From Laetmonice hystrix (lineage: Eukaryota), in contig OZ249436.1 of assembly GCA_965235115.1 (NCBI GenBank), forward strand, positions 22,942,001 through 23,006,000: a stretch of DNA of 64,000 nucleotides, read 5' to 3'. Positions within the stretch are counted from its first letter, which is position 1. The number at the start of each line of letters is the position of its first letter. This document shows, in pieces, positions 41,155 to 52,942 of the stretch. The notes below the pieces were generated by a model. It had not been told where the DNA came from. It ran no database searches and was given only the letters and a program-made list of their open reading frames with translations. The translations under genes were made by a program, and so were the position numbers.

Positions 41155-44100
41155 TGCCCATCCTCTCATGACTGCAAAATTAGGAAGGTTCACCGCATTT
41201 GGATGCCTGTTGAAGAGGCGTTGTGCTTTTTTCTGGTCTTTAAATGCCTGCATATATAGTCGTCATTAAATCATGGATGTGTTTAGGAATTGTGGAAGAT
41301 TTAGAAATTATCCTGTCTGCAATGGAGATTAAAAATAGGTGAAAATGGTCCATTGCATCAGGATCATTTATGTTGTTTGCTGTGAATTGCTCCTGACAAA
41401 GGGTCTGGAAGCCATGCCATTTGCCTTTTTTAAGTTGCCAAGTGCTTTGGTTGTTTTCCCCCTATGTTGGGTCCTTCATATTGAATTATTAGGGAGAAGT
41501 GGTCACTCCCACAAAGGCTCTGCTCTATTAAGCAGAGATGTCAAGTGGCATCGTGAGGAACTTAAGTTTTCTAAAAGTCAAGGTGGGTCCCTACATGGCC
41601 ACGGGAACGTCTTGTGTAGAAATTTACAGAAATGTTCCAAATGCTCCGAAAAACAGGCCGTGACCATACCAGCTGTCCTCTCCAAATGTGCCAAGTGCAT
41701 GTTAAAATGGCTGATGCTACGAATGTGTCGGGAGCAATTCATTTAATGTCCCTTGCAGACAGGACAGTTTCTAAATCCTCGACAATTCCTAAACACGTCT
41801 CATATCCATGATTTAATGACGAATGTAAGCAGGCATTTAAATACCGGAAAAAAAGCACAATGCCTTTTCAACAGGCATCCAAATGCAGTGAACAGGGTTC
41901 CCAGCTTTTTGTGAATATCAAATTCCTTGAGTTTTCCCTGAGAATTCTCTGAGAAATTTCCAAAATTCCATGAGAAATAGCATAACTGATTATAATGATC
42001 TTAAGAGGTATATGCTGCGCACTCTATGAACACTAAAAAGCCACGATACAAATTAGTCAATGGATACAACTTCGGACACACTAAAGATGCGCCCGCAAAA
42101 TTGAATTAACTGATGAATACCTTTCCCATCTGGGTCATTGTCAAATTCCCTGCGTTTTCTCTGATTTTATAGGTTTTCACCCAATTCCCTGAGTTTTCCC
42201 TGACTGGAAAATGGAAAATGGAACACCAATTTCAAGGATTTCCCTGATTTCCAGAGTGGCTGGGAACCCTGGTGGACCTTCCTAAATTTGCAATCATGAG
42301 GGGACGGGCACGCCGTTCCCAACTATGAGTCGGCCTTGTTTTCCAAGAGTGCGGACGGCAGCCATCTTGAATTTCATAAAACACAGTCCCCCTTGAAAAA
42401 TTGACGTCAGAAATGAGTTTAGCGACCTCAATTTAGTTGAAAAACATGTGTCATATTAATTTCTAAGACAAACGGTTCCCAGGCTTTGAGTCTGCCTTGT
42501 TTTCCAAGATGGTGGACGGCAGCCATCTTGGATTTTGGCTCTAGGGATCCACCTTGACTTTTACAAAACTGTTCTCAGGATGCTGCTTTACATCTCTGCT
42601 TAATAGCTCAGGTGAAATTTTCATCAAAAAGTGCCACCATGCCTATCTAGACCTAATTAAGATCTAATATGAGAAATCCCCTAAATATCTTAGTTCTTCA
42701 TAATATGACCTTGTCCTTGACCTCGGATGAAAAGTTTTAGTCTGAAATAGATTACCTATATCAAAGTTGCATCTACAATATACCATTATGGATGCAGGGA
42801 TGCCAGTTGGCTATGGTAAAATTTCCTGAAATATTTTGGGGGGCCCTAAAAGTCACAAACCATACATTTTAACACTAGAACATAGGTTGATTTTGGCATG
42901 TTTATGCTGGAAGCACATGTTTAAACAAATTAAACCTAAAACTAAGAATTTTTTTTTACCTATGTGGAATATTTCAGAGGGAGCTGAAGAATGACGGTTT
43001 TTCCTTATTCATGTCCTTCAGTGACTATGATAATCACGTGGAACACACGTCGGAGGATACCCTAAATATCCCAGTTATTACCGGATAACCACCCACTCAA
43101 GCAAGGTTGGCTTCAGTCAGACCTAATCTGCGTAACCGTACATTGCACGGCGATTACGGAATTAGTACCTAATATTTACAAAATTAAAAAATGTTTCCCA
43201 CCAATATATAGCCTCTAATGAATAATCTAGTAAGATATGAGATGTGTTTAAACATATTCTCAGTGAAATACTTTCATGATATTTATTGAAAATATTTTAA
43301 ATATTTTTTCAAAATTATCTGTTTCAAATTGCCATACTGGTCCATCCCGATTATTAGTTTTATTGGTAGCAACATCCCGGCCCGCAGTAAACTTTTTAAA
43401 ATATTTATTCTGCGAATATCCACCAATCAGAGAAGAGAATTTGCTTGGCATTTTGCCCTTACAGCAAAAGTGTGGTTCCTGAAAAAATACCACAAACACC
43501 GCAGATTTCCTACACACTGCCGAGCAGCGCTGACTAGACGCGACCAGAGATACGCAGCCTTACGGTGCCTGCTCACGGGCGCACGGCCCGGCTGCCAAGC
43601 AGCGCTGACCGGACGCGGCCAGAGATACACGGCCTTACGCACGGTGCCTGCTCACGGGCGCACGGCCCGGCTCGCGGTCGTATGCATGCAGGGCCCTTGC
43701 CGGCAGCCCTGACGGGAGGCAGGCGGGTAGACACGGTCAACACACAATACATGTTTAACATGAAAAAAAAGATTAAGAATCTACTTTATGGCAGGAAACA
43801 TTATACCTGTACTGTAGGGCCAGGGGGAATGAATATGAAAATGCCTAAAATTAGGAAAAATTGATTTAAAAAACGGAAAATAGACTAGACTCTAGAATCT
43901 AGTCTACAGGAAAAAATATTTAAAAAATCAAAAACTGAAAATTCCTGAAATCAGGAAATTTACTACAAACTGGCATCCCTGTGGATGAGTCTATGCCAAA
44001 TAAGATGAAATAACAGAAAAAGGCAAAGTGTGTTAATTTTCCATGAGAATGACTTTGAACTTGACCTTTGACCTTGACCTTGACCTCTGAATTGAGAAAT

Positions 44101-47100
44101 ATTGCCGGAAATGGATTCCTCGGTTTGAACTTGTATGGAAAAGTGTCTTCGTTTATGATTCTATGCCTCCTGGTTCAAAAGTTATTTTTCATTAAACTAA
44201 TTCAGGCTAATTATGCTATTTAGCTAATTAAAAATTTTCCCCAAAGTTGTTTCATTGCCAACAAAGTTCAAAATATTCCTAGGGCCCATGGGAACACATT
44301 TCAATAATAAAACCTTGTACTTAACAGGATTTCCAGGTCCAGTTGGGCGGCAACTCGACTAAATTGTATGTCTGGACTATGCATACTTGTCTAAACCATC
44401 CCGATTAGCCAGGAAACTGGCCCTACTTTTCAACGTAGTCACCGTCACTGTCGCCCCAAATTTTTGGTTCTGCACCTGACGTGAGCCGGATTTGTCAGTG
44501 TTTACAGTCTCTGTCTATGGGGACTGCCGATGTCCAATCAAGTTGTCTCAAACAGTAATATCCTCCCAGAAGTGTTTTTAAAACTTATTACCTGACAATA
44601 TGTGGTGGTGACATTAACAGAGGTACTCTAGGGTACTCAGAGGCCAATAAAGTGAGCATAATGGAAATGGAAAAAATAATTACCTAATAATATAAGATCG
44701 GAAGAAGACAAGTGCTGCACACCAGATTGGCCTGTCTTATCAAGGCCGTTGTTAAAGGTGCATATTATGGGGAAACATGAAAAATCGGTATTTCAAAGAA
44801 CTTTTGCTGTTTTCATGAAGTGATCCTTCATAAAAATTGCTTGGTAAACACAGACAAACCTATCAGTTCTATTTTTCGTGAGAAATCGAAGTTTTTGGAG
44901 CCCCCTTGCTGGCCATCTGGAAAAACGGCTCCGCCCACCGTTTGCACATGGATTTTGTTGACACACGTGACACGCAGAACCCTCGCGCATGCTCAGACGG
45001 TTTGTTTTGAAGCATGGCTGACGAAGTTACGAACGGGACATGGAGATGGCGAGTATAAACGTCATATGTTTCGCGTGTACGTTTAGTTTTATCAGTCAGG
45101 AAATTGTCTGACATTCGATCGTGGTGGAAGGAGTCGGGAAATGATGGCGGCTCGGGAACGAATTGGGCGTGTCCCGCGTGTCGCTCCCCCCCCCTGCAGA
45201 TCTACAGGCAGCCTAGGCCAGATGCACTCGAGGTGCCACTTCACTTCAGACACCTCGCCAACGACATACTTGCCTTCGTTTCCACGATTGACTTGCTATC
45301 TTTTTCAACTTCTGTATCTTTCTTTCCTTGCCCTGTTCCCTGCCGATTCCGTAAAATATTTTTTGGGTGGCATTCTGATGCCGAACGATGCCGAGTGCAG
45401 CTGCTGAATTGTTTACAACTAAGCGAAGCACGTGACCCAGCACCCACTCTCCAACGGCAGAGGTCAGAGGTCGTGCATGCACGGTAGGAACAAGTTTGCC
45501 AAACACCTGCAGAGAGGGCACACACAGGATGTGACGCAGTACACAATTACATGGGTTGATGGGAGGTTGTCTCCCAAGTTATGGCGGGAGATGTGCTATC
45601 GAGAGAAATCTATAAGTTTAGTAGTATGGCATCTACTTTTGCTGCATACGCAGCGAAAACACGTCGGAGGACAAAATGCTGTGGTAGGATTATTTACTTA
45701 GATCCCTAGTACACGGTCATGTTGGATAATCGCCGGAAATCCTCAAAAACGTGCATTTTAGCATGGCCCTATGATGATATCCGACATTTCCTTCCAGCAA
45801 ATGGGGCACCTTCTCTATAAAGAAGTTGTTACTAATGGGAGACAATCACGTTCCAAATATTGAACTTATTTTGAGGCAATGTGCTGCTACCAATCGTTTC
45901 GCCCTTCCTAGAATAATACACTATTTATAAATGTTTGACGGCCAGATGGGGTATCGCTGGTTGCCAGATGTTGCTTGTACCATATAGTGATACACATATA
46001 CCTCAGTATAGGAAATGGGGGTCAAATGGGGGTCTGGGGTGGCGCAGTGGTTAGAGCACGGGACCTTTGATCCAAAGGTTCTGGGTTCGAGCCGCGGCCG
46101 CGCCGGACTTTCCTGCATAGCAGTGCTGCCGACTGCTTTATCAAAGGTCGGCCGTGTGACTATATATCTATGTGGAAGGGCATGTTAAAGATCCCTTGGC
46201 ACCTATCGATAAGAGTAGGGGTTCGCCCCGATGCCGGGTTTCCTCCTATCATCTCATTATCACCCAATGGATTTCACCGACTGAGTTAGTTAACTTGTTC
46301 TCGCCCTGAAATAGCTGAAATACTGCTGACTGGGCATTAAAGTGTAACAAGGATCTGAAATTAATGGTACTTTTTTTCTTTCGAAAGAGCATCGTTGAAA
46401 CTTCTTGTAAATCATCCCCTGCAAGCTTTGAGAAAATAAAAAGCATTTTATTAAATATACCCACATTTATATCTCCATATATGACAATCTTGGAATCACA
46501 CTAATCCTCGGAAATCTTCGGTAAACTCCGGTGTGTGACGTGTCAACATGTGCAGAGCCGCCATTATGACTGTGACCGTAGTAGGCTAAAGTCGGCCGTG
46601 TGTTGTTTTCGGGATATGCCTTACATGATCATCCTCAAATTCCATTGCCACGGAGGTAAATCCAGGTGTCAAGGATAATGAGTGGAGTAAACGAGTGAAT
46701 AAATGGCGGTGTGCCGCAATGTTGTGGTAAGAGAAGCGTGGACAATCATGTGGGCGTGTATCGTTGGCCAAACCAGGACCAGTCTCCCGTCAGTCGGTCA
46801 GGCACAAAACTCGACCGAGGTCTAAGCAGTCTGTCCTAACATGTTACCCCAAGAGTAAATGACCAAGGCAAGCAAAAAATTATCCATCCAACCCAACCCC
46901 ATTCATCATTCTGAGTTTTGACAAAATTCGGACAGGATTTTAGTCTACCCCCGGCCCCGTCCATGGGTCGACCGTGAACGAGTTGGGAGTGTTTAACTTT
47001 TAGACACCGTCGACTGTCGTCCCGATGACTAGTCAGCTGGCGAGGCAAAGCGGGGACGGTTAACATAGTCATAGGCTATGTTGACAATTTTGTGCGGTTG

Positions 47101-47215
47101 CACAGGGGTTCACACTACAGCCCTGGGGCATGCTCTTACAGAAACAAATGAAATCTAGTCCTATATCCTATAGGGTAGACGGTAGGCGTTATCCGCCGGC
47201 GGGACAGGTTGCCCA
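41155..47215 (+). repeat. Tandem segmental duplication, copy 2 (about 6.06 kb; lacks 34930-35668)
   Basis: Junctions fall at TGCCCA (34362, 41155, 47210). I saw only about 6 substitutions relative to copy 1. Confidence 0.95.
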
Positions 47216-48177
47216 CGTCCCGGGCTCGCAGTCACAGCCTCGGAGGCTGGCTCGGCTCAGCGACTGCAGACCCGCAACAACAGTTGTCAACTTGCACACA
47301 ATCTAGGCTATAGGCAATGATCTAGCAAGGCTATGCCTATGCCAAAGGGAAAAATCAATATCTAGATTCTATAGGCTACCTATAGTTAGTTTATTTAGGA
47401 CCAGAATATATGGAGGCCGCCGTGGTGGGAAGAAGACTAATGCCAGAAAAACAGGGCGGGGCCCGCCTGGGGCGCACAGTGTCTATGCCACGCAGCCATG
47501 CATGCCATGATGCCAGCCGCGCGAGGGAGTGTCAGTGCCCGGTTCGGGTTAGCGAGGATTAGCTACCACGGTAAATAGCCTAGACAACAACCTACTGCTG
47601 TAATTACCTACCTTAGTACCTAGACGTGTTAATGAACTAAAGGGGATACTAACAGTTTGTTACAGCAGGCACAGGTTCATTGATCAATTTGATCAAGTCA
47701 AGATCAAGCCATTCAACTTCGAGGGCTTCGTCTTCGACGTTCTCATGATCCGATTCTGTTGAGTCTGAGACCTCTAGTTTGGTTTAACTCGATATAGATT
47801 AGGCCTATGGCTCAACAACATTTCCTAGATCTAAACCTAGGCTTGCATCGGATTCCCCATCCCCACTAATAGTAATGTATCTCATCAGAAACTATCGGTC
47901 TTCTCCGCAGATCTAGATGCCATGTCGGCCATGTTGCCGTGGTCTGCACATGTTGACACGTCATCGGTCACGTGACTCAATTTTTGGCATTGGGCCATTT
48001 GCTTCGGGATGATACAGTGCAGGTGAACGAAAACGGGCTTTTTAATATAAAACAGGCGCAAAACGAACAAAAAACTGGATGGTTTAGTAATCTACATTTA
48101 TATTACTTTTCAATTCTTTAAAGTAGTAATTCAGATCCTTGTGACCCTTTAAACACCAACTACTCACTCACTCACTC
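46017..48177 (+). mobile_element. tRNA-derived SINE with a Deu/Nin-like core and (ACTC)n tail, split by a Kolobok-like insertion
   Basis: Pol III A/B boxes; core gttaaagatcccttggcacc...aagagtaggggttcgccccg; tail ggcattaa|acaccaactactcactcactcactc; 13-bp TSD cagtataggaaat at 46004-46016 and 48178-48190. Confidence 0.85.
46341..48148. mobile_element. Kolobok-like element (1.8 kb) with relics of two convergent genes
   Basis: TTAA TSD (46337-46340; 48149-48152) and TIR agtgtaacaaggatctgaa vs agggtcacaaggatctgaa (17/19). A THAP-like start relic lies on + and an acidic relic on -. Confidence 0.75.
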
Positions 48178-49772
48178 CAGTATAGGAAATATATTTCATG
48201 ACATTAGTACCTTCTTAACCATGAACAATATAGAACAAATAATACTATTTATCAGCGCTAAAACGTGATTTAAACTCGACTTTGAGGCGATGATGCGCGA
48301 TAGGACCGAGATAGAACCCGGCAGGATAGCACTCGCTGCCAGCCCGGTGTAGACTATTTGTACTCGACGGTCAGAGTCCGTATGGACGTAAGGACTAAAC
48401 TCTGACTTGTTGGGAGTATCACGGAAGATAGGCCTAAGCTAAGGGACGTCTCGTACGTGGCATGCTGCCGTTCAACCGTTGCAGTAAGTAATGAGACGAA
48501 AGTACGAATGTCTGTTTCCTCTACAACTGAGCACATGTTGGGGAATCCCCCTGTCTAAGCGCATGGAACCTCACTTTCGTCTTTGGTGCAAGAGTCGGGG
48601 TGTGAACAGGTCGCGGTATGCGCACAAGTCGCGAGGCAAAAGAGTCCCAAGGGGTCTCCGTTATTACGAGTCATCCGTTGGGTATCAGGCCAGTTCCTTG
48701 CAAATGTATATAGTTTGGGTTGGACAGAACCAGACTGGGATTCTAAAAAGCGTGCAATTATAGCCCTTTAATACAGCCCCCTAAAGTTTGAAAAAAATGT
48801 TACGATATGAACAAAATGCCATTTTCACTCAGCTATAATAAAAAAATAAAAAATGCAATTTAGCACAGTTTTGATGATTGGCACTGAATACACGGGTGGG
48901 AGACCTTGCACATACCACATTTGAGCCTGATACATGCCACCAGTCCTGAGATATAACGCTTTGAAAATGGGAAAAAACAGAAATCTATAAGTTTAGCAGT
49001 ATGGCATCTACTTTTGCTGCATACGCAGCAAAAACACGTCGGAGGACAAAATGCTGTGGTAGGATTATTTACTTAGATCCCTAGTACACATGCCACCAGT
49101 CCTGAGATATAATGCTTTGAAAATGGGAAAAAACACAAACATGACTTTCTACGTATAAAGTCTGCACTGACAAGCAAATTTTAAAAATTAATATCTGAAA
49201 AACTACGGGGAGTTGGAGCAAAAGATTTTGCAGGTGTTCATCACACATATTGCGGTACCTGTAAATAAAAAATCATAAAAATCTGAGATGGTCACCTGGG
49301 AAGATTTCTGGATTTCAGTTGATTCTGCATGACCCTATGTACATACATCTGGTAAACAGACAGCGATAAAATGCATTGTCACCCTCACATTCTACATTTC
49401 TGGTTGGGGTCGCTCGAAATCAAGGCTGTGGCCACTGCTTCTTCGCGGAACTGTAGACTAGTGCACACTTCATGACGATATATAGTTCCCCTGATGAAAC
49501 CATTTGGCATTAATTTCGCATTTTACGAGCTTGTATTTTCTGTAGCAAAATGTATGAGTTTTTTCTTGTTTACGAGCTATAAGGCCATATGTACGAGCTC
49601 GAACAGTCTTAGTGAAACAGGACTCTGGACTACCAATTTAGCAACCACTGAGCTCTTTCTAGGAAAGCATGGATTTCGTCTCATCTCGGAAGATGTGCGT
49701 GTGTGTGGGGGGGGGGGGTGTGTGGCGGTGGTCGAGTGGCATGGGCGTCGACACCTTATCCTATGCGAATGG

Positions 49773-50065
49773 CAATCTAATTAAAATTAGATCTTGGTAT
49801 TCCGCGTCTCTCTCGGCTGTTTCAGTGCTGCCGCGCTCCATACCTGGATCTAAGGACATCCCATTAGGGGTCACCTCAGGTTGACCTCTGGATTCAGCCA
49901 ATCAGCGAGTCGCCTATGAAATCTTCGGTGTGCGCTCGTAGGCATTTTCAACGGCACACTTGAATCTGGGTCAAAGGTCAGCCTGAGGTGACCCCATACG
50001 CAATGCCGTTAGATCCTAGTATGGAGCGAATGCGAAATAACTAAGACCTAATTTTAATTAGATTG
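49773..50065. mobile_element. Palindromic MITE with 10-bp TSD (MuDR/MULE-like)
   Basis: TIR caatctaattaaaattag / ctaattttaattagattg, continuing as an imperfect hairpin; TSD atgcgaatgg (49763-49772; 50066-50075). Confidence 0.85.
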
Positions 50066-51061
50066 ATGCGAATGGGTGCAGTAATCTTGGGGCCTGGGTT
50101 CAATTCCGTATACCTCACAATCCGAACACACTCTCTGGTAACCTCTTTCTATTTAAAATGATTCAGTAATTCGTATGTTTCACAATCCGAACACAATCGG
50201 CACCAAGCTGTTCAGATAAACAAGGTCTGACTGAACATCATGGCAAAACATACATTTTAACATTGGATTTAAGCAAATGTGATTGTCGTCCAATCAAATT
50301 TTTAAAGTACATGTATTTCAAATGCATACATGTGGCTGCATACCTATTCTATGCTTTGAAACCTCTAAAATATGTTATTAGAGCAAAGATACAGCAAAAC
50401 CTGGCCATATGGATTATGTAAATTTGACCTATTCATATTAAAAATTATTGACTGCTGTAGCCACACATCAGAAATTTAATATATGCAGTGTATAGACTGA
50501 TGGCTACGAGCTGACAAAATTTTATGGTGATCCAAAACACAGTGGCTGAATGGGAATTTCGTTAAAATGGCAAAAATGCAGATTTTCCCCACATCTTGAC
50601 CCATTTTCCAACGTTTAAAGCCAGCCATTCACTGTGGAGACTTAAGCAACAGACAGTTGGCAACTGGTAGGCAACTTTCAGCGTCCATGACTGACTGTCG
50701 CACATACTCTACAAAATCCTGCACACTGTCTCCACTCACTTTGACGAGTAGGTCACAAACAGTAGCTAGCACATATACTATTAAACATGTTCAAGCTTTA
50801 GTAGGAACCAGAAACTATGGAAACTCGGGTCCGCAATCAGTCCTTACCAATCTCCAACCAGTATGAGATAACAACAATGTGTTCTGACAAGTCTCACAAG
50901 TGTCTCTCAAAGTCGCAACAGTGTGCGGCGGGAATTTCACATCAGGGTTTTAGTACTGAAATCACTAAAGATGACATTTGTGAAGTCAATTGTTTGGTTC
51001 TACGAAAATAATTTTATAGCCACATTTAAAGGGAATAGAAAAGTTCAAATTATCAATATAA

Positions 51062-52513
51062 CAGGGATGAAAGTGGCCAGCTGTAAAATTTCCTGAAATT
51101 CTGACCGGGGGGGGGGGGGGAGCGGCGGGGGCCAATGTCCATAATTAATATTTGTTCATGCGCACATCCAAGGCTTACCCCCCCCCCCTTAAAAAAAGTC
51201 AGGCTAGGAACAGCAGACAATCATGATCCGATAAGGCCTCCTAGCTATTATATATTATAGGGCCTAGCCCTCAGTATTTAGTCGCCACCCCCCCCCCCCA
51301 CCCCCACCCCCTCAACCCCCCACCCCTGCAAATTTGCTGGATAGACTCCATCACTCATCAGTCCATGCCCCTGTTCAAGGCTGTTGCTTGCCTGTCACTC
51401 AGTCACAGTCAGTGCATGTCAACCTCTGCCTGGCTCTGCCGTCTCTCTCCAACATTGGAATCCAGTCGGCTTTTAGCGTCCAAAATGCAACCGATTACGT
51501 TGTCAAACAGCTTCCATCAGTCTTGACCCTCAGCAGTCACGACCCTCAGGCTCAGCGGCTCTCAGCCAAGCAACACAGGCTTCGCTGAGTCGAGTGGTTC
51601 AGCCCGTGTGTCCATGTGCCACTCATGTTGTTGTGAAAATTGTCACTTCCGGTCTTATCAGGACACCTGCACTGATCGACAAATGTAATGAAAAGTCCTG
51701 ACAACCCCAAAACTTCAGTGAAAACCACTTACGTAATGCCACTATCCTCAAATTTATATGCAAGAACACATTATGAGAACTTACTGACATATATACTAGG
51801 CAGATTCATAGAACTAAATTGACCCAGTTTCCTGTGAGGAGTGACATTGTGATGGTGCATAGTTCGTCAGCCTAATCACTATCACCAACGCCGGGACTAG
51901 ACAGACCGGTCTGTCTATACTATAGTCTCGTTCACTAAGTGAGCGCTCAGGCAAAATTCGCGCATGGATATGGCATAATGGCAAGCCTGAATCAACGGGC
52001 TTCGCAGCTGCCTGACCATCAATTTTGCCTGAAGTCATTACCTGAGGTGAGTCGCTCTCACCACAGCGACACGGGGCCGTGCCTGCCAGACGGGACAGAC
52101 GCCACCGCGTGCCGGTAGAAGTCAGCCCACGCGGGCCGGTCTATGTGAGCGATGTCACCACAGCTACAGGGACCAGCACCCCCGGCAGACCGGCCTATGG
52201 CTATGCACGGTGGCACCCGTGACACTGAACGGGTTTGAGACACTCTAATATCGCCATCTATAAACGAACTTTGGCAGGTAGAGATATATTGAGCTGCATG
52301 GTGTTAAAAAACGTCCTGGAAGGGGATATTGTTTCATTTGATATTAATTGCCCACCACACAGTCCAGGGCAATACTTAGCCTTGGCTTAGGCCTACCTCT
52401 TTTGCCTATAGATCTAGGCCTATTTCCTTTATTGGGTGTTATTTCTTGGGGGGGGGGGGGGATTTTTTCAAATTTCCTGATTTCAGGAAATTTCCTGAAA
52501 ACTTTCATCCCTG
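51062..52513. mobile_element. hAT-like non-autonomous element with 6-bp TSD
   Basis: TIR cagggatgaaagt / actttcatccctg; TSD atataa (51056-51061; 52514-52519). It shares aaatttcctgaaa subterminal motifs with 36740-37926. Confidence 0.85.
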
Positions 52514-52579
52514 ATATAAGGGTGTTCAGCATGAACAAGCTTGTTCTTACCTACAATTCTGTGATTATCTGATCTTTAA

Positions 52580-52942
52580 CCCTTTCAGGGCGAACGATGC
52601 CTTGAGGCATTACCGTGCCAGGGTGGACGATGCCTTGAGGCATTACCGCCCCAGGGCGGACGATGCCTTGAGGCACTTTTTTGTCTACTCCGACCACTCC
52701 ACGTATATCCGGCCCATTGATAGCAAAGACTGTCAATCACCCAACTACAATTGTCGAGTAGCTGTACTAACTCCTCCCCCTTACATATTACATTGATTGC
52801 TATTGTCTTTTAGACATTTATGTGTCCAAAAATCAAGTTTTTCGAGACGAAAATCCAAAATGGCTCGTCCACATGGGGTGGTGCACAAAACTGGGCCAGC
52901 CTCTGTGACGACTGTGACGTAACAAACGTCGCCGGCATGGGG
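52580..52942. mobile_element. piggyBac-like non-autonomous element with an internal 33-bp tandem repeat (about 3 copies)
   Basis: CCC...GGG termini with TTAA on both sides. The homologous host site at 3018-3021 has a single TTAA. TIR similarity is weak. Confidence 0.7.

Larger units (their letters stand above)
34362..41160 (+). repeat. Tandem segmental duplication, copy 1 (about 6.8 kb)
   Basis: Matches 41155-47215 at offset 6793 and then 6055; the ORF track also repeats at +6055. Confidence 0.95.
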
